Shown: positions 31,393 through 47,029 of the stretch, piece by piece
Layout of the letters: every line of letters starts with the position of its first letter
How positions within the stretch are numbered: the stretch's first letter is position 1
From: the human T2T-CHM13v2.0 reference genome, Homo sapiens
Reading direction: 5' to 3' (one strand)
NCBI RefSeq assembly: GCF_009914755.1
Contig: NC_060936.1
DNA length: 64,000 nucleotides
Made by a program: the position numbers and the translations under genes
Notes under the pieces: generated by a model
Seen by the model: only the letters and a program-made list of their open reading frames with translations
Told to the model about the DNA's origin: nothing
Database searches by the model: none

Positions 31393-32051
31393 GAGTTGGT
31401 GTTTAATACCGATGTGAATATACACATTGGTCTATAGCTTACCTTTTTCATATAGCACCATATTGTAGAAAATTTCCATAACAGCACATAGAAATCTAAA
31501 TAATTGTTTTACATCTACTTAATAGTGTATGGATGTAACAAATTTATTGAAGCAGACTCCTATGGATGAATATTTAGATCGTTTCCAATTTATGGCTCTT
31601 GCGAATGTGCTGCAAGTGAATATTTTTACAAAATACTTTTTCATAGAGGTTCAAGCATATTTCTAAAATAAATTTTCAAGCAGTGGAAAATTTATGCTGG
31701 GTGAAAAGGACATTGAAGTTTAAAAAACTGGAAAATATTGACAAATTTCCCCCCAAAAATATTTGTTTCCCCAACAGTGTGTATTATTAAACTTTTTAAA
31801 CCCTCACACATTTGAAGATGAAAACTGTAATGTTTTAGTTTCAATTTAAATTTAATTATTGGCAAAGGTGAGCACATTTTTCTGTTTACAAAACACGGTT
31901 ATATTTCTAACATTGACTATTCCTTTCCTTTATCCCTTTTTCCATAGCTTCTCAAATATTTTCTTATTGGTTTTCAGGAGCTCTTTATACATTAATGAGA
32001 TGAGTCTGTCCTCTATGTTGCAGATATTTTTCTGAATTTTTAATTTGTCAT

Positions 32052-32058
<7 letters not shown>

Positions 32059-32088
<30 letters not shown>
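32059..32088 (+). repeat. (TA)n microsatellite
   Basis: Direct reading. Confidence 0.95.
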
Positions 32089-32089
<1 letters not shown>

Positions 32090-32196
32090 TCTAAAGAAGT
32101 TGTAAACTTTTATGTAGTTAAATGTTTCAATCTTTTCTTAGAGCCCACACTCCTAACCATTACGCCAAACTGCCTCTCTAATTTCCAGAATGATGA

Positions 32197-32607
<411 letters not shown>

Positions 32608-33073
32608 TGATTGGCAGTTTTCTCCTTCAGGTTTTACTATATTGGTTGTTGAAATCCCTTGAACTAATTGCTTCCCTTTTCCCAGGCAACTTCCCATTTT
32701 CTCCTCCTGTGCGCCTACCTCCTCCTACATCCTCACCTTTGTTGTGTAGTCAAAGATCTGTAGGAAAAGACTGTTAGAGTATTTAGCTTAATGTTTAAGA
32801 CTGTTAGAGTATCTAGCTTAGAGTGTTTAGCTTTCTTCCTTTTCACAACCTCACACGTAGCTAAAGGGAACTTATGATTAAATTGAATTTTTTGTAGGTT
32901 TTGTTTGTTTTTGTTGTTTTTTTAAAAAAGAAAGAAGAAAGTGATGAACACATCTCTTTTAAAATTAAGATCTAGAAGAATACAACTTTATTCAATAAAT
33001 ATTTAAAAATATTTTTCATGTACTTTAGTTAATTGAGAAAGAGAGAAAGAAAGAGCCAAGTAATAATAGCTTA

Positions 33074-34129
<1,056 letters not shown>

Positions 34130-34943
34130 TTACTGTCTCAACTAAGGCACAGATAATCGTGGTATTTATTCATTAAACAAATATTTTGGGAACACCTACC
34201 ATGGGTCAGGCACTCTGCTAACATCTAGAACATTGAATACTGAATAAAAACCATCTCTTGAGCAGAATCTTTCGGATGGTGTGACACACTGGGGTTCCCT
34301 GATGTTGGTGGTTGCCACAGAAATAAACAGAGGACCCAGTCACATAAGATCGGCTCAAGGACATTTCAAACCTTTGAAAGTTCAAATGATCAGATTGTGT
34401 AAAGCCACATTAGTCACTTCTTAAAAACTGGGTATGATATTGTTAGAATTTTTTTTAAATAAAGAAGCATTTGTACACCAACTTTACAAACTAAAGCAGA
34501 TCTATAAAGAAAACTTAAAAGATCCCACTTATGGCCTTCAGAATGTCCTTAACCTTTTTGTGGAGAGTCACGTCTGAATAGGTAAATGAACTTATACATT
34601 CGTTGGAAGCATAGATTAAGTCTTCTCTACCTATATTGCTACTCATAGCACCTAGCACAGTGCCTGGTACATAGTAAATATGGAATGTCTTTTGAATGAC
34701 ACAATGAAAAACCATGTTCATCACTGGTACGTAATTAATCAGCCTCTACTTTGCAAAAACACATTAAAATTTTTTTTTACAATACTTAATTCTTTCCCAT
34801 CTCCGAATGATAAAAAGTAAATATTACCCTCGATTCCTATATGAAGTGGCAGATCTTTTTGAGCTGGCAGAGCTGTGGAGATCGAGATCTGCTTATGTTA
34901 AAGATTTTAAAATGGTGTGGAATAAAGCAGGAAAACATTTCTA

Positions 34944-35340
<397 letters not shown>

Positions 35341-35439
35341 TTAAAATAAACAAAAATAAAACTTCTACAGTTAGGTTTGAGAAACCAACTGCTGATCTAC
35401 AGGAAAGAAAAAGAACAAACTTTATAGTAGCTCTAGTCA

Positions 35440-35725
35440 AAAAGTGGCTGGGGCTCTTACACTGGAGGGCAAATTAGGACCAAAAGATGAAGCTTATAGG
35501 ATGGCATCTTTTGAGGCCTAATTCAAGAATTAATTTTTTAGCACTAACATGAATTGTCCCAACAATGAGATTGGCTTTTTGCCTTAGGTGGTAACGAACT
35601 TCTCATTATTACAGGAATTCAAAAAGAGGTTAGATAAACAGGTTTGAGTACAGGAGATTTGTATGTTAGGTGGGACACTGTATTAGCTGGCTTCTGAAGT
35701 CCTTCCTTAAATTCTGTGAATCTGT
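35440..35725 (+). mobile_element. L3/CR1-like 3' remnant
   Basis: Degenerate match ending tctgaagtccttcc...ttctgtgaatctgt; similar remnant near 11800-12030. Confidence 0.5.
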
Positions 35726-35857
35726 AGTACCATATTTATAATATTCTAATCTGCCTGTTTCATCTTCTAAGCAAGTTTATAAATTTCATAAGTTAAAAAG
35801 TGACTATAATTCATGTACTCCCTCCTGTTGCTATGAACTGATGAAAGGGAAAGCTAG

Positions 35858-36072
35858 ACCATGGTTTTTAAACCTTGACACTATTGACATTTTAGGCTGA
35901 AAAACTCTGTTGTGGGGGGATGTCTTGTACATACTGTGGGATATTTAGTAGTAGCCCTGGCTTCTATCCACTAGATCCCAGTAGCAACCCCCCACTTGTG
36001 ACAACCAAAAGTGTCTACAGACATTGCTAAATGTCCTCTGGGGTTACAATCACCCCAGTTGAGAATCACTGA
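35858..36072. mobile_element. MER20 hAT MITE
   Basis: cactattgacatttt...gtgacaaccaaaagtgtctacagacattgc...gttgagaatcactg. Confidence 0.85.
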
Positions 36073-36595
36073 GAGAGACTATTCAGTGAAAAGTATAATA
36101 TAGAGCTTCTCAAACTTGAGCTACACCTGGAGATTTCTTGAGGGAAGCTATAATATTTCTTGGGTGCCTCTAATGTTGACTTAAATTGCTTTTAATGAAT
36201 TACTTATGCTATCAAGCAATTATAGCATAAGCTATATTATATTATAATAGCTATATTATATTGTGTATCATCTTTTATACACTGAAAAATTTCTATACAC
36301 AAAGGAACAAACACAAATTTACAAAATTACATACAAACAAAACTACAAAACCAATAAAATAATGAAGTATATTAGATTGTATGGTTTTGTTGCCCAAAAT
36401 GTTACCAAACTCAGGTTCTTTTGAGTTTGGTATCACTAGACCATGTGTCATATGAGGCCTCAATTCTCCACTGCTTTTCTCTCTTCGAAGAATTGATTCA
36501 ACCAAACCTTTGTTCATCCAGAGCTCCATTTGGCCATCCCTGAGCTGGGTACATCTCAGGCATATGAAGTTTGCCTTTGCCATTTTGTCAAAGCT

Positions 36596-36900
36596 TTTTT
36601 TTTTTTTTTTTTTTTTTGAGACAGAGTCTTGCTCTGTTGCCCAGGCTGGAGGGCAATGGCATGATCTCCACTCACTGCAACCTCTGCCTCCTGGGTTCAA
36701 GTGATTCTCCTGCCTCAGCCTCCCCGAGTAGCTGGGCTTACAGGCGCCCTCCACTATGCCCAGCTAATTTTTGTATTTTTAGTAGAGATGGAGTTTCACC
36801 ATGTTGGCCAGGCTGGTCTCAAATCCCTGACCTCAGGTGATCCACCCACCTCAGCCTCCCAAAGTGCTGGGATTACAGGCATGAGCCACTGTGCCTGGCC
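36596..36900 (-). mobile_element. AluS
   Basis: Antisense dimer, degenerate TSD tgtca(a/t)ag(c/t)t. Confidence 0.93.
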
Positions 36901-37025
36901 TGTCATAGTTCTTGACAAACAAGTCATATTTCTTGCTGCTAATGGGCACAAACAAAACTGAGGGTGATTAGTTTGAATATCAGTATAAGATGATCATAGA
37001 TATGATCCAGAGAATGCTATTATTA
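36757..37025 (+). repeat. 269-bp direct duplication, copy B (inferred donor)
   Basis: Offset 32,230 from copy A; host Alu retains a degenerate TSD tgtcaaagct/tgtcatagtt. Confidence 0.95.
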
Positions 37026-37303
37026 GTTTTTTAAAGACTGGCATAAAATAAAAATGTAAAAAATAAATTTAATATGTGTAAAGGCCTTAGAAAAAAGTGT
37101 GGCACATAGTCAAAACTCAATAGATGTCTATTGTTATTATTGTTATGGTCCTAGAATTGATTTACATATCGTGTAATGGCAATGTGAGTGTTTTCTGCTT
37201 ATATTGATAAATATTGATGCTCAAATCATCGTGAGTTGTTTAACAAGATTTATTTGACATAGATTCAGATTACCTAAAGCCACTTCAACTTGTCTGTGTA
37301 GAC

Positions 37304-37467
37304 CAGTGCTACTCAAAGCATAGTACCTGGACCAGCAGTATCAGTATCACTAGAGAATTTATAGAATGTGGGGTTTTACCCCAGACTTACTGAATCAGAA
37401 TTTCTGGGAAAGGGGCCCAAGAATCTGTGATTTAACCAGCACTACATGCTAAAGTTTGAGAATACTG
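37304..37467. mobile_element. MER5A-like MITE
   Basis: cagtgctactcaaag...aaagtttgagaatactg. Confidence 0.8.
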
Positions 37468-37634
37468 GCGTAAAAATCATATCCAAAATCTTCCTAAGGC
37501 CACTCATCTGGCCAAGCATCTTGGTTTTGTGTTGTGAGTGTGAAACCCACAGGATGGGAAAAGAGAATAGGAGGAATGCTACTCTCCATGAGGTCATCAA
37601 AAGCACAATTCAGTAGAATAAAATGTAGACTTGA

Positions 37635-38094
<460 letters not shown>

Positions 38095-38312
38095 GATGAC
38101 ATGCTAATTCTTATGGTAGGCATTTTGGAAACATTCTCTCTGATCTTTACAGCAACTATGGAAAGTAGGAATTATTGTGTCTATTTTAAAATGAGGAATA
38201 AGCATATCATTTCCAAAACAAGCTAAGATATAGAGATGCCAGTGCTAATAGCTTGTGTGATGTGTTTACTATACTTTAGTAATACACTTATTAATTCTCA
38301 TATCTTATGTCC

Positions 38313-39212
38313 ATTTTATTTTATTTTCTTAAATTTATGATTGACATAATAATTGTACATGTTTATGGGGTACAACATGTTTTCATACATGTATAATTGT
38401 GTAATGATCAAATCAGGGTAATTAGCACATCTAACAGCTTAATTTATCATTTCTTCATTATGAGAATATTAAAAAACCTCTCTTCTAGTTATTTTGAAAT
38501 ACACAGTACATTATTATTAACTCTAGTCATGCTGCTATGCAATAGAACATCAGACATATTCCTTCTATCTAACTGTATTCTTGGACCCGTTGACTAATTT
38601 CACTGTCCCCTTCTCCCCCCATCCTCCTCATCCTCTCATAACTACCATTCTACTCTCTATTTCCATGAGAACAACGTTTTAGATTCTACATATAAGTGAG
38701 ATCATATGGTATTTGTCTTTCTGTGCTTGGCTTATTTCATTTCATGTAATATCCTCCGGGCTCATCCATGTTATCACAAATGGCAGGATTTCATTCTTTT
38801 TTATGGCTGAATAGTATTCCATTATGTATACATACCACATTTTCTTGATCCAGTCATCCATTGATGAACGCTTAGGTTGATCCCCTATCTTGGCCATTGT
38901 GAATAATGCTGCAATAAACATAGGAGTGCAGATATCTCTTTGACATACTGATTTCATTTCCTGTGGAGATATACCCTGTGGTGGGATTCCTGGATTATAT
39001 AGTAGTTACATTTTTAATTTTGTGAGGAAACATCATACTGTTTTCCATTATGACTACACAAATTTACACTCCCACCAGCAGTAAGGGTTGACTTTTCTCT
39101 ACATCCTTGCCAAAACTTGTTATCTTTTGATTTATTGATAGTCATTCTAAATGGAGTGAGGTGATATCTCATTGTAGTTTTGCATTTTCCTGATGATTAG
39201 TGGTGTTGAGTG
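38313..39212 (-). mobile_element. 5'-truncated L1MA 3' end
   Basis: ORF2 C-terminal remnant (ORF 38742-38957, CTPMFIAALFT); TSD cttatg(t/c)ccattttat. Confidence 0.9.
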
Positions 39213-40217
39213 CCTTATGCCCATTTTATGGAAGTGGAAGCTGAAGCATAAGTTGTTAATCTATTTACCCAAGTTTTCATAGCTAATAAGAGCTTCAAAA
39301 CTATAGCTTATAATCTAACTCCAGAGCCTGTATGATTGACCACTAGGCTATGATGCCTTTTATTGGTTGTCCACTAAGTGATTGTTCTGCTCTTCAGTTG
39401 TTTGCTCAAGGGTAATATTGACTAATTCAATGGCGAGAGGAAGAAAACGAAGCAGTCCGTTTAGCTGTTAAAGAATCAGTAGTGTCTAAGCCAAGGGAAT
39501 GAATCCCTAAAGTCACTAACCTTGGATAGCTTACCTCCTTAGAAGAGAATTTTTCTTTCTGTCTTGTGAACTGTGCTTATGACCAAGTGAAACTTGGTCC
39601 ACCTGCGAAGAGTTCTGGGGCATGGCAGGGTAAATAGAGTGAGACCAGTGGGCCAAGGACAACCCTGGAAAACACTTACCTTAAAGGTGGTCAGGGGAAG
39701 AGAAGCCCACAAAGGATATAGAATAGAAGTAATCAAGATAGAAGTCTACAAGGAAGTGCAGGATCACAGAAGGCAAGGAGATGGAGAAAGTAGTCAGAAG
39801 AGAGCCAACCTTTGGGGAGGTTTAGGAAGGAGAAGCTGGATTTGGACATAAATATATTTTTAAGAGCAGAGAAAGACAAAATTTTTCCATTGATTTTGAT
39901 TTGAGACGTTGCCCCCATGGTGTCAGGAAAAGGACAAGCATGCAAGGGAGAGGATGGGTTGGAACCAGGCAGGGCCCATGTTCTATGCCAGGGATTGGCA
40001 CATTTTTTTCTGTAAACATCCAGACAATAACAAGTTGAGGCTTCACACCACAGCAGCCTCTGTTGCAACTAATCAACTCTGCTACTGGAGTGCAAAGGCA
40101 GCCACATAGAAAATGAGCATAGCTATATTTCAGTAAGCTATACTTACAAAAATAGGCAGGAAAAAAAATGACAGTGGGCTGGCTGCAGTTTGCTGAACAC
40201 TGTTCTTGACCAATGAC

Positions 40218-40516
40218 TTTTTTTTTTTTTTTTTTTTTTGAGATGGACTCTCGCTCTGTCACCCAGGCTGGAGCGCAGTGGCAATCTTGGCCCACAGCAA
40301 CCTCCACCTGGGTTCAAGTGATTCTCCTGCCTCAGCCTCCCAAGTAGCTGGGATTACAGGCACCAGCCACCATGCCCAGCTAATTTTTGTATTTTTAGTA
40401 GAGACGGGGTTTCACCATGTTGGCTAGGGTGGTTTTGAAGTCCTGACCTCAAGTGATCCACCCGTCTCAGCCTTCCAAAGTGCTGCGGTTGCAGGCATGA
40501 GCCACCGTGCCTGGCC
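40218..40516 (-). mobile_element. AluS
   Basis: TSD ttgacc(a/c)atgact. Confidence 0.93.
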
Positions 40517-43500
40517 TTGACCCATGACTCTTAAGGGTTGGTGTACGAATTAACTGGAAGCTGTGTAGTGAATGAGCACAAGATTCAACTCACAGCCCCT
40601 ATGTGAGAGAAATGTAACTTTATTTTTTAAAATTGGATTTAATTCAGTCTAGAGCTCGGTGGAAACTTTATTTCATTTTATTCAGTATCATTCCATTCAC
40701 CCCCGCCAAAATTCTTCTGGCGGTTTATCTAAGTACCAGGATTAAGGGAGGGTTGTGGAGGGATTGGGCACTGGGGAGTGGGGCTCTGGCCCCACAGCTG
40801 TGGGGCTGGGTGGGGCTTGGTGCCACAGCTGTTGACACAGTCTGAGATCTGTTGGAGTGCTGTTGTATTTGGTCTTCAGTCACCAGTGGGAAAGGTCTCT
40901 GTGACACCATCCTGGGGTACTGAGCACACTCTTCCATCACGTCTGGCCCTGGCTGTCTCCTTCATTCAGCTCAGGTGGGTGGGTTCTGATGTTGCATCAG
41001 TGCTGTGTTGGGATGCCTGGCTTCCCAGAGAAACCATGCTGCCATTTCATCTGCTCTATGCCATGCTGGGTGCAGAGAACCCTGGGGGTTTCTCCAGTTC
41101 TACCCAGGAAAGGGCATAAGAATCCTCGTCTTCCAGGATCCCAAATGACGTGGAGTTTCTATAATCTCTCAATCCACCTATCCTAGGATTCTGTCTGGGG
41201 ATAGGGAGTTGGGAGGGACAGAGCTCAGGACCTTCTCAGGTACCTAACATGTCTTAGCTCTTTGACTTCCCCTTTAGTTGTCTGCTTCCTCCCGACTTGA
41301 ATAAGTTTTATCTGGTCTTCAGGATTGGGGGCTTAAGCTCTGGCGTCTGAAAAGCCAAAAACAGGCTCCTTTATCTTCCTTATGTGTTCTCCTGTGAAAA
41401 CAAATGAAAATTATCCTACCTTAGTGAATGGAGGAATGAGGAAGGGCTGTGAGGAAAACCAGAGGAGAAGGACAGAATAGAGTGGAATGCATATCAGAGG
41501 ACCAATGCCTCATGCCTGCAGGTCTTGTGAGAGCTGCTCAGCCAACCTGGTTTCCCCGCTGACCCCGCAGCCCACTTCCCCCATGCACATCTCTTGATAT
41601 CTGCACTCAGCAGATGCAAAGCGAATTATACTCTGTAACTTTCCATCAAAGGGAGCACGGGCTTTGCGGGCTGACAAGCTCACATTGAATCTAGGCTCTG
41701 CACTTCTTGGCTGAATAAACAAGTTACTTAATATTTACTGGTTAGAGTTCAGCAAAATAAAACAGAAACCAACAATTCAAGCAGAAAAGAATTAATACAG
41801 AAGTTGGAAGAGTCAGAGTAACAGGATCTATGCTAAGTTTCTGGGAGATGCTCAGAGCCACACTGCAGAACTGGCCCGCCGGTTGCTTTTCTGCCAAAAT
41901 CAAGAAGATGGGGACTCAGGAAGCCACCTCAGGACTGTTGGCTCCAGGAAGACACCACCTCAGCTGCCATCTAGGGATCAGGAAGTTGCCTTCACTGGCA
42001 ATCACTAACTCCAGAGACGGGGCTTGCCTGCCAAATCTGCACCTGCAAACAATGAATACCCTGTCCCCTGCCTTTCAATACCCTCAAAGCTAGTGACTGG
42101 AAGCCAGAGTGCTGCCACAGCAAAACTCCACAATCCCGCTTACCAGTAGAAACAACGGAAGAACAGCTTGCTTCTCCTTTCCAAAAGTCTTACAAGGGCA
42201 TCTCTATGGGAGAGCTTAAATCATATCCACCATGTTAGCTGCGAAGGAAGTCTGGGCAAGGTTATGTTCTACTTTCCTGCCTCTCTGGTAATAGGATGTG
42301 CACTAGACTAGAAGGGAGGTGCAGAAGATATAAAGCTAGCGAATTCTTAAGACCGTGCAATATTTATTCCTCTGAGCCTCAGATCTGCAAAATAGGGATA
42401 TTATCTATTTTGTGGGACATTTGTGTGGATTGTACAAGATTTATATTACATTATATTATATATTAGAATTTACCAGCTCTCTTGCTTTAGTATTTCACTG
42501 AAGATTTGTCAGTCCTGTGATACTTAAAACAAACAAAGAAAACACAAGAGAATTTAAAAAAAAAAAGCAACCTTAGAAACAAAACAAAGATCAGGGTTAA
42601 ATTTCCTCATTACATTGGTCTCTTTTTCTGGTTCCACTAAAAATATTTTAATTTGTCTCAGTGTTTTATTTGTCATAAGTATTTATAGCATCAATGAGAG
42701 AAATGATGGTTTTCAATTTTTGTAAGTAATAACTTGGGAACACAAGCATCACGCAGAATGACAATGACTGCCACTTTCTCAGGACTAGATTAAATCAAGA
42801 GCTTTCTTTTGCCCTCAGTTATCAGTGCAGCATATGGAAATGTGCTAATGTCTGAATGAATTTTGATTCAAACCTCAAACCTCAACCAACAAAACTGATC
42901 AGCATCTAACTGAAAATTTCAAATGGCTGCATTTCCAAATAGGTCAGTGTCTGTCACATTTGTTTCAATGCCAAGAGAGTCTTCACACATCCGAGAATGG
43001 TAGAATTCCTAAAAGATGCTGTCTGAGTAAATGAGTGACCCTACTGCCTTTCTGAATATATTTTTGTGTAGGATTGTGAACCAGCATTAGACTTAGGTCT
43101 GAAGTTTTAAAAAAGCTTCCAAAAGTATTGAAACTATTCCAGTATAGAATAGATGTAGTGTTTCCAAAGGATCCTTTGTTTATGGACATTTGTGAAAGCT
43201 GAGGAGTGCTGACCTATATATAAACTTATTGACATCCTATTTAAGATCAAGCAAGGTCTGATTTTATACAATTTAATAATGATCCTAATGAATTCTAGAG
43301 GTCAAATTATCTTGGAGTATGATGCAAGATGGGGTTCCAAACTATTTCACTGCATTGGAACCCTTTTGTAGTAAGTGTTATGAAAATCGTGGGAAGAGTA
43401 GGACCCTGAAGGCAAACAACATGCTTTCCAATCCCAGCTGATTCTCTTCCCAGGTGTCCTAAATTACTTAACCTTTCTGATCTTTAGACTCCCCACCTGT

Positions 43501-43519
43501 AAGATAAGGACAACAATGA

Positions 43520-43690
43520 AGATGAGATAAAGATGAGGAGATGATGATGATGATGGTGATGATGATAATGGTGATGGTGATGGTGATGGTGGTGGTGATA
43601 ATGATGATGATGGTGATGGTGATGATGATGGTAATTATGGTAATGTTGGTGATGTGATGATGATGATAGTAATAATCATGTTGATAGATA
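43520..43690 (+). repeat. Degenerate (GAT/GGT)n trinucleotide repeat
   Basis: Direct reading; lies between MIR fragments. Confidence 0.9.
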
Positions 43691-43964
43691 ATCTATATCA
43701 AGTGATTACTATGTGCAGGCACTGTTCTGGGAGGCTTTATATGTACTAATTTGTTTAATCTTCAGGACAGTCTTTTGAAGCAGGTATCTGTAGATTGTCA
43801 TGAGGATTAAATAAATTGATACCTGTAAAGTACTTAACAGAGTTCTTCCCAATGGAAAATCCTCAATCATTGCCTGCTATTATTACTATTATCATTGGGT
43901 TGTTGTGAATTTAAAAAAATGGGATATTATTTTTAAAATATCTAGCTCTGTACCTGGCACTCTT

Positions 43965-45049
43965 TTTAAAAAGTTTTTTTTTTTTAGATTTCAATAGCTT
44001 TTGGGGGTACAGTCGTACAAATGGTTTTTTGTTACATGAATGACTTGTATAGTGATGAATTCTGAGATTTTGTTGTACCTGTCACCAGAGTGTATACATT
44101 TTATCCAATATGTAGTTTTTTATCCCACACTTTTCTCCCCTCCTCCCTTTTGAGTCTCTGAAGTCTATTATACACTCTGTATACCTTTGCTTACTGATAG
44201 CTTAGGTCCCACTTGTAAGTGGGAACACATGGCATTTGGTTTTCCATTCCTGAGTTACTTCACTTAGAATAATGGCCTTCTGCTCTACCCAAGTTGCTGC
44301 AAAAGACATTATTTCATTCCTTTTTATGGCTGAATGGTATTCCATGGTGTATATATACCACAGTTTCTTTATCCACTCATTGGTTGATGGGCACTTAGAT
44401 TGGTTCTATATCTTTGCAATTGTGAATTGGGTTGCAATAAACATACATATGCATGTGTCTTTTTATCTAATTACTTTTTTTCCTTTGGGTAGACACTCAC
44501 TAGTGGGATTGCTGGATCGAATGGTAGATCTACTTTCAGTTCTTTAAGAAATCTCCATAACGTTTTCCATAGAGGTTGTACTAATTTACATTCTCACCAA
44601 CAGTGAAAAGCATTCCCCTTTCACTACATCCACACCAAAATCTATTATTTTTTGACTTTTTAAAAATGGGCATTCTTGCAGGAGTAAGGTAGTATCTCAT
44701 TGTCATTTTAATTTGCATTTCCCCAATGATTAGTGATACTGAACATGTTTTCATGTGTTTTTTGGCCATTTGTATGTGTTCTTTTGAGAAATGTCTATTC
44801 ATGTCATTTGTCCACTTTTTGATGAGATTACTTGATTTTTCCCTTGCTGATTTATTGAGTTTCTTATAGATTCTGGATACTAGTACTTTGTCAGATGCAT
44901 AGTTTGCAAATATTTTATCCCATTCTGTGGGTTGTCTGTTCACTCTGATGATTATTTATTTTGCTGTGTAGAATCTTTTTAGTTTAATCAGGTCCCATTT
45001 ATTTATTTGTTTGTTTTTGTTGCATTTGTTTTTGGGGTTTTAGTCTTGA
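43965..45049 (-). mobile_element. 5'-truncated L1PB-like element
   Basis: ORF2 remnant (ORF 44581-44943, [13 protein letters not shown]); perfect 16-bp TSD tgtacctggcactctt. Confidence 0.92.
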
Positions 45050-46179
45050 TGTACCTGGCACTCTTACATGCTCAGTAATCATTAGATGTGATTTTGTTGG
45101 TGAATTCTTATTTGTTATTCCTCTGTTCATTCAACCTCCCCAGTCTGGGTCATACACTGTTTTCAAAACTCTCCCTCTTCCTATTAGTTAACCCAATTCT
45201 TTATTCAGCAAATATTATTAAGTACCAGTTTGTATGCCGGAGTCTATTCTAAGCATAGGAGATGCCTTGGTGAGCAAACCAGACCAAATTCTTGCCTTCA
45301 TAGTCACCATTCTAAAGCAAAAGCAGAAAAATAGTCTACATAACTCAGCTAAAATAGACAAAAAGAGAAAACAGTCAAGCAAACAAAAAGATTAAGAAAT
45401 ATAAAATCAGTAAAAGAGTATCGAAAAGAATACGTAGAAAAATGCAATGGTAATAAAATGATTTCCAGGGAATATGAACTGACATTTCACATAAACATAT
45501 AGGTGATGAGGCAAGACAAACTAAGATGATAAAAACTAAATTTAAACAAGAAAAAATGTTTAAAGCAAACATATAAGCAATATGTATAAGTAGTGGTTAA
45601 AAGAAACGTCTTAAAGCATAAATTACTAAATGAGAAAAGTTATAAATCTACACTCAAGAAAAAAATGGAAATAGGCATTTAAGCAGCAGTTTGGAGGTGA
45701 AAGGTTTAACCCCACAGAGCAAACGAATTCACTTGGGCTCAGGTAGCTACGAGCAGCATCAGGCACCTCCCAGTGCTGGAATTCACCTATTAGAAACCCA
45801 GAACACCCCTAGGAACCTCAGGGAAGATGCTGGGGACCAGGTGCCGGTCACTGTGGGCCACTAGCTTCTGGGGGTTTGCCTACCTGGCACTTTAAATGGT
45901 CACTGAAGGTATCCAAAGCCAAACTCCAGCACAGCTTGGCTGTCCTCATCATAACCCCTGTCCTCATCCTCTCAGCAGAAACCCAGTAGGTCTGATGGTG
46001 TCAGTGGGTTTTTGCTTTCTACTCCTTTAGCCTCCTTCATCACTTAATAAGCATTTTGTCAAAGAAATGAGTGCATGTGATTCCAAAGTCAAATGGTAAG
46101 AAGGGCATATCATTAGAAAAAAGCCCCACTCCTACCCTCTTCAACTGCTCCTAGAGGCAACCCCTAAGAACCACTTCAG

Positions 46180-46847
46180 TTTTCTTTGCTTTTTGTATTT
46201 TATTGTTTCTTTCTTTGTTGTGTGGATAGTCTTTATTTATTTCTGTAGTACCATCTTCCCTCCCAACAAACATGGAAGAAAAAAAGAAGGGGCTGGTGGG
46301 AAGAAATGCCCTGGGGGACACACCTCTCCAATCTCTGCAGTTTTGAAGAGGGAGTGTTGAGGTGGAAGTCTTGGGGATATGGGGAAGATGGCCAGCCCCT
46401 CCTCTTGTCTCCCAGGTGGCTCTTGGCAGCCTTTTAAAGCTTAAACTCATCAGTTATTTTGGAGACGATGCTTTTAAAAGACTTGGAAGTCTGGGATATA
46501 TGCTTAAATGGAAACTTCTTGAGATATCTCCAAAGCAATTTTCACACCTCCATCTTCCACTGTACTGAGTTCTCTTGGTCCCACTGTGGCTGCATGCACA
46601 GCAGCATGCAGTTCTTGTACAGTCTCTGGAGTCTGAAGGAGTTCCATTTTGTCTTATCAATGATCTGCACAGCTACCTCTTTCCTAGTTAGGGTGTGTCA
46701 GGCCAACTGCATGGTGACCAAGTTACCCTGGTTGATGGTCGTGATGAGCCAGTAGTTGCCAATATGGGTATCCTCAGCAGAGATGCCTGAGAGGTCCTGC
46801 AGTACGTTGGAGATAGGGCTTGGAGTCAAGGTGTCCCGAGGTAGGCT
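46180..46847 (-). pseudogene. Processed MARK2-like (Par-1 kinase) pseudogene with large internal deletion
   Basis: Minus-strand frame reads SAEDTHIGNYWLITTINQGNLVTMQLA*HTLTRKEVAVQIIDKTKWNSFRLQRLY-KNCMLLCMQPQWDQENSVQWKMEV*KLLWRYLKKFPFKHISQTSKSFKSIVSKITDEFKL*. This resembles MARK2 [42 protein letters not shown] and its C-terminus VQWEMEVCKL...FKRISGTS...SKIANELKL*. Stop at 46434-46436, then 3'UTR-like sequence and an A-rich tail remnant. Confidence 0.9.
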
Positions 46848-47029
46848 TAAATTTGGGAAAAGCTGATTAAAAGCTTGGTCCAAATCATGTCAAAAGAATA
46901 TAACTTCCAAAATCCACCTGATGACCTAATCTTTATAATGAAATCAAAACACAATGCCAGAGAAAAATAAAAATAAACAAAAACAAATGCTAACACACTA
47001 AATTTAAAAAGAAAAATGAGAAAAAATTC

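Noticed and set aside
43520-43690. GAT/GGT repeat as a coding poly-Asp or poly-His tract
   Set aside because: Interrupted by stops, no splice context; simple repeat
44581-44943. 120-aa ORF with L1 ORF2 similarity (also 38742-38957 and 47004-47219)
   Set aside because: Fragments of truncated, inactive L1 copies
46698-46883. 61-aa ORF as a functional micro-kinase
   Set aside because: Non-ATG start, degraded glycine loop (INQGNL), stop before the VAVK lysine position (which is Q here); pseudogene
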